Assembly (NCBI GenBank): GCA_050230475.1 | Contig: JBFLGF010000074.1 | Span: 62,001-112,403, forward strand | Direction of reading: 5' to 3' | Length of the DNA: 50,403 nt | From: Ancylonema sp. | Lineage: Eukaryota | Shown: one piece after another, positions 12,571 to 23,786 of the stretch | Layout of the letters: every line of letters starts with the position of its first letter | Position numbering within the stretch: position 1 is the stretch's first letter | Translations under genes and position numbers: made by a program | Notes under the pieces: model-generated | What the model was told of the DNA's origin: nothing | What the model saw: the letters and a program-made list of their open reading frames with translations, nothing else | Databases searched by the model: none

Positions 12571-13323
12571 TATAGAATTGTGTTACTAAGACGAGATCTA
12601 ACGTGAATGTATTATTTTCGAGATGTGTTTGTACAACTGGAATAGAGACGTCAATCGAGTTTATATGTCACTTGAAAGTACTCTAGGCTTGTGAGCTGTA
12701 GAGTGTGAGGAGTGTGTTGTCGACAAGCTAAATAACTTGGACCAGATGTAAGTATGGATGAAGCAACGCCCGAAGCAACAATACACGTGCATTCGCATAC
12801 ATGTACACACGGATCAATCATAGCGGTGGTGCAAGTGCTTGCGGAGATATAGTCAATGTACATATGGCCCATTTAGGCATTGAATCATTACACCACAAGA
12901 CAAAATAGTTTGTCACTTCCGACTAGTCGTGATGTGTCAACCATTGAATTTAGAGGTCTCTATCAAACGATCCTCCCGTGATAGTGACAAGATCTAGTAC
13001 GGATAGCGACATGCTCTAGTCCTGATAGCGACGAGTAAGAGTCTTGATAGTGACGAGTACGGTTCTAATACTCATCATATCTAATATTTTTAATAGTAGT
13101 TTTGATATACGATATAGAATCGTTGTAAACATAGTATGCTCGTTCGAAACCACGTGTAATTGTGTCATTATAACGAATCTATGCTACCGATCTTACATGA
13201 GTTGACAGTTGTCAAACGATATAGAATCGTGTTACTTGTAACGAAATCTAACGTGAATGTCTTATTTTCGAGATGCATCTGTACAAATGGAATTGAGATG
13301 TCAATTGAGTTTTGTGTGTCACT
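12571..13323. repeat. Degenerate ~100-bp direct repeat (12571-12671 and 13220-13323) flanking four GATAG(T/C)GAC motifs at ~12980-13055; probably subterminal repeats of an old DNA transposon
   Basis: TATAGAAT.GTGTTACT...ATCTAACGTGAATGT.TTATTTTCGAGATG...GTCACT occurs twice, and GATATAGAATC recurs again at ~16932. Confidence 0.6.
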
Positions 13324-13520
13324 CCCCCCCCGAAGAGAGGGTAAGCTCCCGTGTCTCTCTCTTCGCAAACAGCGATTTACACGTATTGCGTAGCACACAT
13401 GGCTGCAATGCCAACGCTGTTGTATCCATGAGGTCCTCTTGTGATCTGATGACACACCCCAAATAATGGCTTAAACAGTGGATCAGATTCATGGACACTT
13501 GACCCTTAATTCACGTGATA

Positions 13521-13852
13521 TGTTAGGACCACTCCCTATAGTCATTAGTGTTCTCCTAGCGAGTGTGCCTAACCCGCACTAGCGTGCTTCTACCCTATAA
13601 CCTCGTTGTGCTGCTAGTGTGTGTTTTGTCTTTAGTGCTTCTATCGAGTGCTACTAGTTCTCCCAGTTTAGTGTATGTGTGTTTATGCCTTTCCTAGTAT
13701 AAATACATGTTAGGAGCATAGTATTCTTTGCTCCTAACAACTCATGTACTTATCTTCTTATTAGTGCTTTTCTCCATCTTCTTTAAGCATTAGTGTGAAT
13801 GTATGTGCATGTCTAAAGCTATGGCGCTCTCTCTCTCTCTAGCGCCCTAACA
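13521..13852 (+). repeat. 5' LTR of element A (TATAAA at 13698)
   Basis: Direct repeat of 16390-16734 with TG...CA termini. Confidence 0.93.
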
Positions 13853-13854
13853 CT

Positions 13855-13864
13855 TTGTTAGGAG
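13855..13864 (+). promoter_or_regulatory. Putative self-priming primer-binding site TTGTTAGGAG
   Basis: Starts 2 nt after the 5' LTR end and is the exact reverse complement of CTCCTAACAA at 13731-13740; it lacks the TGG of a tRNA-type PBS. Confidence 0.7.
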
Positions 13865-14369
13865 ATATTTTTCTTGGCTTCAATACTTCACATCTATAAT
13901 CTACCATTTCACGCAATGGCGGATTTTGATGCAGCAGTGTTGACTCAAGAAATTCACCACACATTGGCATCCACCCATTCTCATCATGGAATCCAAATCA
14001 AAACTACACACAGCCTAATGGCCCATCACAAAAACAACATCCAATTTTACAAAACCATTCTTCTTGGACAATTACGCTCGATCTCAACAAACCGGCGAAA
14101 TTCCACATATGCAAAATGCCAGTCTCTACAACAATGATTCAGCGACACAAAATTTTACTACAACATATCATATCTCAACTCTTGACAAATATTCCGTCTC
14201 CCCCTCCCCTATTCTTCCTCCTCTTCCCCTCCCTACCATTCCTCTTATTCTTCATACTCCTCTTCCTCTACATCTCCTACAACTTTTCTTCCACCTCCTC
14301 TTCTTACTCCTACTCATACTCTTCCCACACTTCTTCTCCCCTCCCTCTACTCCTCCTCCTACCTCCTTC

Positions 14370-15400
14370 GCTCCTGCCGCCGCCAGACCCTGCCAGCCAT
14401 CCTGTTCCCAACTCTCCCCTCCAGATGTCCTGCTCAGTCAGCTGCTGCCAAACCCCCCCCACCCCACAAACCCACCTGCGCCGCAGTGCTCCAGCCGCCG
14501 CCAGCACCTGCCACCAACTCTGTCCCAACACCCCCATACCCAGCCGCCACCCACCTGCCAACCTCCCTTCCCACCACTTCAAGCAAGCCCCCTCCCACCC
14601 AGCCAGCACCCTGCCCTGCGCCAGCCGCCAACACCTGCCAGCCGTCCCACCCCCCCCCTCCAGCCGCCACCAGCACCTGCCCACCGCCACTCCTGTTCCC
14701 AAGCCGCCCCACCCCTCCAGATGTCCTGTCACCCCCCCCTCCAGTGCCAGCCGCCAGCACCTGCCCACCCCCCTGTCCCCACACCCCCCCCTGCGCCGCA
14801 GTGCTCCAGCCGCCGCCAGCACCTGCCGCCAGCACCTGCCCAAACCCCTGTCCCAAAACCCCCCCCTCCCAGTGCCCTACCCAGCCGCCACCGGCACCTG
14901 CCCACCGCCCTTTCCCATCTCCCCCCCCTCCAGGTGTCCTGTCACGCAAGCCGCCGCTACCACAACTTTCCTCACAACCCTGCGCCGCCGTACTCCGGCC
15001 GTCGCCAGCACCTGTCCGCTGCCCTGTCCCGACATTCCCCCCTCCCACTGACCTGTTTCCGCCGACCGCCACCACCCTGGCCCCACCCACACCCCTGCGC
15101 CGCGGTGCTCCGGCCGCCGCCAGAACCTCCAGGTGTCCTGCCCAGCCAGCTGCCAAGCCCCCCCCACCCCACAAACACACCTGCGCCGCGGTGGTCCAGC
15201 CGCCGCAAGCACCTGCCAAAACCCCTGTCCACAAACCCCCCCCTCCCAGTGCCCTACGCAGCCGCCGCCAGCACTGCCGCTGCCGGCACGCGCATACGCC
15301 TTGTGCCAAGGCCCCCTCTTCCCGGGCCCCCCACACTTCCACCATCCGGCACCCCCCCCCCCCTCCCCTCCCTTCCTATCCTCCCCCACAGGTCTGGCTG
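14370..15400. repeat. C-rich degenerate minisatellite inside element A (core CAGCCGCCGCCAGCACCTGCC plus C-runs)
   Basis: Recurring CCTGCGCCGC(A/G)GTGCTCCAGCCGCCGCCAGCACCTGCC units; this is the source of the long Pro-rich and Gly-rich ORFs. Confidence 0.85.
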
Positions 15401-15452
15401 CCCTGCTGCCCATCCCTCCCCTACGCGGAGTTGCGGCGAGGATCCTTCCCGA

Positions 15453-15630
15453 GATGACCCCCTCCTTTTGGCACTTGCAGCAGTGCAGGCGGCGGACCCC
15501 GACATCTCTGCAACCATGGCCACACTTCACGAGGGGCCTGGCGGGGAGTCACACTCCGCCCTGCCTAGAGGCAGGCCATCGGGCAGGTCACAGGACCATT
15601 CTCGCATCCGGAAAGGCCTTCTCTATCGCC
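15453..15630 (+). pseudogene. Probable Ty3/gypsy pol remnant (RNase H-integrase linker); homolog at ~18019-18190 on the minus strand
   Basis: DPLLLALAAVQAADPDISATMATL...RIRKGLLYR resembles the AQxxDP...xxGLLYR segment that precedes the integrase zinc finger (recognised from memory, no search run). Confidence 0.5.
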
Positions 15631-16389
15631 CTTTCTGCTCGTCCCTGCCTGACAATGCCGCGCCCAACTCTGCACGAACATTCCTGGTCACGTTTGCAAC
15701 CCGGGTTTTTTTTTCTTCGTCTTTTTTTTTTTTCTTCGTCTCCATGATACGTGGTCCCTTCTCCAACCTTCTTTTTTCCATACAGTTCATCCGAACCGTC
15801 CTCGCCTTTTCAGTTTTTTCCGGTTCATTCACCAATTTCTCCGCCTAGCAGCCGCCGTCCAAAATCCACATCCCAACGGCGCAGCACACTTTTTCAGGAT
15901 TTCCCTCGGATTTCCTTCAACTGGCCTCAGTCACGTCCGTTCCAGGTCATCCAGCCAATCCGCGGGCTCCACTTCACCATATCTGTTTTCTCGTATTCAG
16001 TTTTTGGGTATTTTTCACAATCCGGCGCATCTACGCCGTTCAGCGCAATTCACATCTTTCTTCCACGTCATCCTTCCATTCCGTTCTCGCCCCGCTGTCG
16101 CGTCCGTATCAGCGGGATATCATCTGGTCCACTGTTTCATACCTCGTTCTCTCCCGCCGGCGGGTCTCTCCTAATTTCCCCATGATGGTTCCACAAATCT
16201 CGGGCCTGCGTTTTCCGTGCACAGCCTTCGTCGGCCCTAGCCAAATAGCATATCTACATCTTCAATTTTTTTTGTTCTATTTGTTTTACCCTATCCCGCT
16301 CTACCTTAGCCTGTTTTCTTTTTCCCTAGATTTTTTTTATCTCGTACCCGGTGTCTCCCGTCTACTCCACTTATAACGGGGGGGTACTC

Positions 16390-16734
16390 TGTTAGGACCA
16401 CTCCCTATAATAGTCACTAGTGTTCTCCTAGCGAGTGTGCCTAACCCCCGCACTAGCGCGTGCTTCTACCCTATTATAACCTAGTTGTGCTTCTAGTCTA
16501 GTGTGTGTTTTGTCTTTAGTGCTTCTATCGAGTGCTACTAGTTCTCCCATTTTAGTATATGTGTTTATGCCTTTCCTAGTATAAATACATGTTAGGAGCA
16601 TAGTATTCTTTGCTCCTAACAACTCATGTACTTAATCTTCTTATTAGTGCTTTTTCTCCATCTTCTTTCTTTAAGCATTAGTGTGAATGTATGTGCATGT
16701 CTAAAGCTATGGCGCTCTCTCTAGCGCCCTAACA
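16390..16734 (+). repeat. 3' LTR of element A
   Basis: Direct repeat of 13521-13852, preceded by ACGGGGGGGTACTC. Confidence 0.93.
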
Positions 16735-18329
16735 TGATAGGTGGGGAAAGGCCATCACTCCCCACCCATCGGAATCTATAGGTCAATTGTGTCCATGTGC
16801 ATATATCAATCACATTTGTAAATGATGTGTGTTAGTACTTTGAACCAACCAGTCTCGTTATTGTCATTGTAGTGTGTCATACATCTACCATTGCCACCAA
16901 GTACCTCCCTTAGAGGTTGTTTAGGCACGAGATATAGAATCTTCGTTTGTTTAGCATCGGCAGCGGTAAAGTTGGGCTATCGTCCAACCTCCATCACCAT
17001 TATACTTCTTATCACGTGTGATATGAATTGTACTGATTTTTTTCTGAATTGAGAATTTGGTCTGAGTAAGTCTACCCTATGGCAAGGCAATGCTAGGGCT
17101 TGGACGTAACGTGTCCGAAGCGTTAGGTGTTGCAAAGGTTGCACTGTTATGGATCTATATCCAATGCAAATAATACAATCACATGCACATTCCCATTGAT
17201 CAAATAAGGCACATATAAGATGCTAGCCTAACTGTTAGGATGCTATAATGAAGAAAACATCCTAGCTTAGTAAAGCACAAATCATACACATAAGTGCTCA
17301 ATGGGGAAATAGGAAAGCACTAAATGTAAAAAAGTAAAAGAAGTACATGAATTGTTAGGAGCGAATATAAGTGAGCTTCGAACATCTATATATACTAAAA
17401 GGGATGGACTAGAGATGATGTGGGATAATTTGCACTAAAAGACAAACTAGTGCACATGTGCTGGAAGCACAACTGAACTAGAGTCTAGAAGCACACAAGT
17501 GCGAGTTAGGCACACTCACTCGGGGAGCACTAGTGACTATAGGGAGTGGTCCTAACAGTACCCCCCCGTGAAGTGGAGGAGACGGGATACCGGGGACGAG
17601 ATAAGAAAATATAGGGGGAAATAAAATAAAAATTAAACTGAATGCGATAAAACAGATATGTTGAAGTGGAGCCCGCAGATTGGCTGGATGACCTGGAACG
17701 GATTTGACTGTGGAAAGGCCAGATGAGGGAAATCTCTTGAAAATGCGCTGCGCCGTTGGATGGATTTTGGACGCTGCTAGGCGGAGAATTTGGTGAATGA
17801 ACTGGAAAAAAAATGAAAATGACGGTGGAAAAAATGGAAGCGAGTACGGCCAGATGGACTGTTTGAAAAAAGAAGGTTGGAGAGGGGGCCACGTATCATG
17901 GAAGACGAGGAAAAGAGACCCGGGTTGCAAACGGGACCAGGAATTTTGGTGCAGAGTTGGGGAAGGCAACCATTGCGGCATTGGCATTGGATTGGCAAGC
18001 AGGGACGAGCAGAAGTGGTGATAGAGAATGCCTTTCTGGATGCGATAAATCCGGTGACCTGCCCGATGGCCTGCCTCCTGGCAGGGCGGAGTTTGACTCC
18101 CCGCCAGGCCCCCTGAGAAGTGTGGCCATGGTTGCAGAGATGACGGGGTCCGCCGCCTGCGCTGCTGCAAGTGCTGGAAGGAGGGGGTCCCGCAGCTCCG
18201 CGCAAGGGAGGGGTGTGCACGCCGCGCAAGGGGGTGTGCAGCAGGAGATCCAGACCTGTGGGGGAAAGTATGTGGGGGAAAGGATGGGGAGGGAGGGGAG
18301 GGGAGGGGGGTGCTGGATGGTGGAAGTGT

Positions 18330-21300
18330 GGGGGGCCGTGGCACAGGGCGTATGGCAGGTGCTGGCAGCGCCAGGCTGACAAGGCAGCTGACAGGTGCAG
18401 GTGGTGGCGGACTGAACAAGATACCGGGAGGAGAGGGTCATAGGACAGGACCGCTGGCAGGTGTTGGCGGCGGCTGCGGTGTTGGGACAGGGTGTATGGT
18501 AGGTGCGGTGCTGGCGGCGGCAGGGCTGGCGGCGGCTGTGTAGGGCACTTGGAGGAGGGGGTGTTGGGACAGGGTTTTTGGCCAGTGCTGCCGGCGGCTG
18601 GAGCACCGCGGCGCAGGTGAGTTTGTGGGGTGGGGGGATGTGGCAGCTGGCTGGGCAGGACACCTAGAGGGGGGGGTTTGGGGACAGGATGGCTGGCAGG
18701 TTCTGGTGGCCTGTGTAGGACACTGGGAGGGGGGGTTTTGGGACAGGGGTTTTGGCAGGTGCTGGCGGCGGCTGGAGCACCGCGGCGCAAGTGGGTTTGT
18801 GGGGTGGGGGGGGTTGGCAGCTGGCTGGGCAGGACACCTAGAGGGGGGGTTTGGGGACAGGATGGCTGGCAGGTTCTGGCGGCTGTGTAGGACACTGGGA
18901 GGGGGGGATTTTGGGACAGGGGTTTTGGCAGGTGCTGGCGGCGGCTGGAGCACCGCGGCGCAGGTGGGTTTGTGGGGTGGGGGGGGTTGGCAGCTGGCTG
19001 GGCAGACCTAGAGGGGGGAGGGTTTGGGGACAGGATGGCTGGCAGGTTCTGGCGGCGGCTGGAAACCGCGGCGCAGGGTTGGGGGTGGGGCCGGAGTGGT
19101 GGCGGTCGGCTGAACAGGCCAGCGGGAGGGGGGGATGGCGGGACAGGGCAGCGGACAGGTGCGGCGGCGGCCGGAGTACGGCGGCGCAGGGTTGTGAGGA
19201 ACTTTGTGGTGGCGGCGGCTGGCTTGATAGGATACCTGGAGGAGGGGGTGATGGGACAGGGCGGTGGGCAGGTGCTGGGGCGGCGGCTGGGAAGGGCACT
19301 GGGAGGGGGGGGTTGGGACAAGGTTTCTGGCAGTTGCTGGCGGCGGCTGGAGCACCGCGGCGCAGGTGGGTTTGTGGGGTGGAGGGAGTTGGCAGCTGGC
19401 TGGGCAGGACACCTAGAGGGGTTGGGGACAGGATGGCTGGCAGGTTCTGGCGGCGGCCGGAGCACCGCGGCGCAGGGTTGGGGGTGGGGCCGGAGTGGTG
19501 GCGGTCGGCTGAACAGGCCAGCGGGAGGGGGGGATGGCGGGACAAGGAAGCGGACAGGTGCTGGCGGCGGCCGGAGTATGGCGGCGCAGGGTTGGGAGGA
19601 ACTTTGTGGTGGCGGCGGTTGGCTTGATAGGATACCTGGAGGGGGGGGTGATGGGACAGGGCGGTGGGCAGGTGCTGGCGGCGGCTGGGAAGGGCACTGG
19701 GAGGGGGGGGTTTTGTGGCGTTTCTGGCTGTTAGGACCACTCCCTATAGTCACTAGTGCTCCCCTAGTGAGTGTCCCTAACTCGCACTTGTGTGCTTCTA
19801 GACTCTAGTTCAGTTGTGCTTCTAGCACATCTGCACTAGTTTGTCTTTTAGTGCACATTATCCCACATGTGTGTTTCATCTCTAGTCCATCCCTTTTCGT
19901 ATATATAGATGTTCGGAGCTCACTTATATTCGCTCCTAACAATTATTGTACTTCTTTTACATTTAGTGCTTTCCTATTTCCCCATTGAGCACTTATGTGT
20001 ATGATTTGTGCTTTACTAAGCTAGGATGCTTTCTTCATTATAGCATCCTAACACTTTTTTAGGAGATAATTTTATTTCGCACTCCCTATCAACCATTTTA
20101 CGCAATGGTAAGTAAGGAAGAGGGATTTCGCTCCCTTCATAGTTCATTTCATGACATGGACAATGCATGCGAAATTAATCACCAACATCATCCAACCATT
20201 CAGCAACTTCAGCAAATTCAGCATCAACCCCTCCAATACCATAGGGCCAAATTGCAACAACACAATATAGATCTTCGAATTTATCTTCAGCAAATGTCAA
20301 CCGACTTAAATAGTTCAACATATCATAAGCCCTCCCTCCTCCCCACTTTCTATTTCCTACTCATCAAACAAAACAAAAAAAACATCTGCACCAGTTGTCT
20401 ACTTTTCCTAAGCCTACTACTTCCCCTTCTACTATCCATACGCTATCCGGCCATATACAAACCGCCTGTCCATCCAGGCGGCCGCCACCACCACCGCCCC
20501 ACCCGCAGGTGCTGGCGGCGGCTGGGAAGGGCACTGGGTGGGGGGGGTTTTGGGACAGGGTTTCTGGCAGTTGCTGGTGGCGGCTGGAGCACCGCGGCGC
20601 AGGTGGGTTTGTGGGGTGGGGGGGGTTGGCAGCTGGAAGGGCAGGACACCTAGAGGGGGGGGTTTGGGGACAGGATGGCTGGCAGGGTCTGGCGGCTGTG
20701 TAGGACACTGGGAGGGGGTTTTTTTGGGACAGGGGTTTTGGCGGCTGGCGGCGGCTGGAGCACCGCGGCGCAGGTGGGTTTGTGGGGTGGGGGGGGTTGG
20801 CAGCTGATTGGGCAGGACACCTAGAGGGGGGGGTTTGGGGAGGGTTTGGGGACAGGAAGGCTGGCAGGTTTTGGCGGCGGCCGGAGCACCGCGGCGCAGG
20901 GTTGGGGGTGGGGCCGGAGTGGTGGCGGTCGGCTGAACAGGCCAGCATGGCGGGACAGGGCAGTGGACAGGTGCTGGCGGCAGCCGGAGTACGGCGGCGC
21001 AGGGCTGTGAGGACCTTTGTGGTGGCAGCGGAGGATTGCTTGATAGGACACCTGGAGGGGGGGGTGATGGGACAGGGCGGTGCGGTGGGCAGGTGCTGGC
21101 GAGGGCACTGGGAGGGGGGGGTTTTTGGGACAGGGTTGTTGGCAGGTGCTGGTGGCGGCCGGAGCACTGCGGCGCAGGTGGGTTTGTGGGGTGGGGGGGG
21201 TTGGCCGCTGGCTGGGCAGGACATCTGGAGGGGGGGGGTTGGGGACAAGACGGCTGGCAAGGCTTGGCGGCGGCCGGAGCACCGCGGCGCAGGAATGTGG

Positions 21301-21710
21301 GTGGAGCGGTGGTGGTGGCGGTTGCCTGGGCAGGACAGCAGGAGGGGGGGGTGTTGGGACGGGGCGGTTGGCAGGTGCTGGTGGCGGCTGGGTATGGCAC
21401 TGGGAGAGGGGGGTTTTGTAGGGTTTTGTGGCAGGTGCTGGCGGCGGCTGGAGCACCGCGGCGCAGGTGGGTGTGTGGGGTGGGGGGAGTTGGCAGCTGG
21501 CTGGGCAGGACACCTAGAGGGGAGAGTTTGGGGAAAGGATGGCAGGCAGGTTATGGCGGCGGCCGGAGCACTGCGGCGCAGGGGTGCGGTTGAGGTGGGA
21601 GTGGGGGGAATGGCGGGTGGCTGGGCAGAACAGAACACCTGGAGGGGGTTTAGGGAAAGGATGGCTGGCAAGTTCTGGCGGCGGCCGGAGCACCGCGGCG
21701 CAGAGTTGTG
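18330..21710. repeat. G-rich higher-order minisatellite inside element B (~60-bp monomers, ~174-bp and ~400-bp higher-order units), interrupted at 19729-20504
   Basis: CACCTAGAGGGGGG...GGGCAGGA recurs at 18661 and 18835; 19020-19330 is repeated at 19420-19728. Confidence 0.85.
19729..20504 (+). mobile_element. Nested, oppositely oriented partial copy of element B (full LTR 19729-20053 plus ~450 bp of leader)
   Basis: Reverse-complement homolog of ~21710-22522; ORF MVSKEEGFRSLH... mirrors minus-strand MVNKEEGFRSLH.... No second LTR or TSD. Confidence 0.88.
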
Positions 21711-23786
21711 GGTGGGGCGGTGGTGGTGGCGTCCGCCTGGATGGACAGGCGGTTTGTATATTATGGCCGGATAGCGTATGGATAGTAGGAGGGGAGGAAG
21801 TAGTAGGCTGCTTATTAGGAAAAGTAGGACAACCGGTGCAGATGTTTTTTTTGTTTTGTTTGATGAGTAGGAAATACTGGATGTGGAAAGTGGGGAGGAG
21901 GGAGGGTCTGAATGCGGAAAGACGACTTATGATATGTTGAACTATATAAGTCGGTTGACATTTGCTGAAGATAAATTCGAAGATCTATAGTGTGTTGTTG
22001 CAATTTGGCCCTATGGTATTGGATGTGTTGATGCTGATTTTGCGGAAGTTGCTGAATGGTTGGATGATGTTGGTGATTAATTTCGCATGCATTGTCCATG
22101 TGAAGGGAGCGAAATCCCTCTTCCTTGTTTACCATTGCGCTGAAATCCCTCTTCCTTATTTACCATTGCGTAAAATGGTTGATAGGGAGAGCGAAATAAA
22201 ATTATCTCCTAACAAAGTGTTAGGATGCTATAATGAAGAATGCATCCTAGCGTAGTAAAGCACAAATCATACACATAAGTGCTCAATGGGGAAATAGGAA
22301 AGCACAAAATGTAAAAGAAGTACATGAATTGTTAGGAGCGAATATAAGTGAGCTCCGAACATCTATATATACTAAAAGGGATGGATGGGATAATTTGCAA
22401 TAAAAGACAAACTAGTGCATATGTGCTAGAAGCACAACTGAACTAGAGTCTAGAAGCACACAAGTGCGAGTTAGGGACACTCACTAGGGGAGCACTAGTG
22501 ACTATAGGGAGTGGTCCTAACACTAACTCACTCCAAAGCAAAAGACGAACGACAAGATGGCTAGTGCAAATTGGGCAGCGGTTCCCGAGATGTACTCAAG
22601 CCGAATGGGGTCAAAGGTGACACAGGTACAAAGGTTACTGCTCGTATATTTTTCCAGCTGCCTATGCGATGCGATACATTGTATCAGCTGCAGCTGTTTC
22701 GCGAAACGAAACTGTTCGATAAATACTTGCACCCGCGCATGTGCCAAATTATCGTGTATACGCAAATACCCGTGCCCGCACAAAATCACTATATGGGCAC
22801 ATTCACTCGTGCCCGCGACAAATCACCATATAGGCCCACGATCGTATATTGTCCGACAGAGGCGATTACCTGCGTTCGAGTGCGCTCGGACAGGCGTGTC
22901 CGACCGAGGCGTACGAACGAATGACGACGGGGGTACAAACAAATCAAAGTGAGTGGTCATAAAACGAGACGTCTTTGGAGGCGACTCACTCCGTCCAAAT
23001 CAAAGTGAGTGGCCGATAACTTGGTCACTTCGGAGCGTGAACCTGGGGTATCGACGCGAGGTGAGTGGTCACAAAGGACGCTCTGTGTGTAACACCCGAA
23101 ATACCGTACGGTATCAGCATATTTGGACTGTGGAACTGAACTGGACTGGACCCTAGACTTTCTCTCGATATGAAACACAATCGGATTCCCGTCTCCAGAT
23201 GCTGACACGAGGCCATGGCAGACTGGTCCTAATGCCAGATTAGTCCTCAAGGATTTGATTTGCAGAACAATTCGAACCCCGGACAAGCATCTTGGCTTTT
23301 GCTGCCAGAAGTTTGGACGAGGCTTCTGAAGAGTTTCATGGTGATATGTTTGCACGACGATCGCGTGCTAGTCGGCACGCAATTGTCGCACATTTGCCAC
23401 CCGCAGTTGGCACAATCCGGGATCGTCTTACAGGATATTGGCACGAAAACACCATTCTGAGATTCAGCGACTGTCCTCGCATACAGCGAGGGGGCAGAGC
23501 GCAAGGAAGCGTCTCGGGAGACATGCGGGCTGCATGGCAATGCCACAGGTGGTAGCTAACGGTGTAGCCAAACATAAGGTAGCTGTGACGTTGTCGTCTG
23601 AGTTTGTAGCGTGACAGGTCTACACCACCTCATAATCCTTGGTGTGTGATGGCAGTGCACCGAGACTATCCAGTGGATCTTCCCCCTCCGTATCTTCGTT
23701 ATCATACCTCAAGTCAACAAACACCCCCTGGTCGAGCTCCTATTTGTGCGACGTCCCCTCCCGATGGCAGTTTTTGCATACCACGC

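Larger units (their letters stand above)
13521..16734 (+). mobile_element. Non-autonomous LTR retrotransposon, element A (3.2 kb), 5-bp TSD TGATA
   Basis: LTRs 13521-13852 and 16390-16734 have TGTTAGG...CCTAACA ends. TGATA lies at 13516-13520 and 16735-16739, a G7 polypurine tract precedes the 3' LTR, and no RT, RNase H or integrase core was seen. Confidence 0.93.
17233..22522 (-). mobile_element. Non-autonomous LTR retrotransposon, element B (5.3 kb including the nested piece), 5-bp TSD CTAAC
   Basis: LTRs 22218-22522 (5') and 17233-17557 (3'); CTAAC at 17228-17232 and 22523-22527; PBS at 22206-22215; G7 tract at ~17561-17567. Shares the LTR start, internal array and 3' internal region with element A. 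Confidence 0.92.

Noticed and set aside
18330..21710. CRISPR-like repeat-spacer appearance
   Set aside because: The intervening sequences are themselves repeated, the context is eukaryotic and there are no cas genes.
14064..21940. Many long Pro-rich or Gly-rich ORFs (up to 658 aa) resembling extensins or pherophorins
   Set aside because: They are open in several frames on both strands because the GC-rich array lacks stop codons, and they lie inside TSD-flanked LTR elements.
22523..23600. Minus-strand Cys-rich ORFs upstream of the RING gene
   Set aside because: The frames are not preserved between the two copies and no family motif was recognised.
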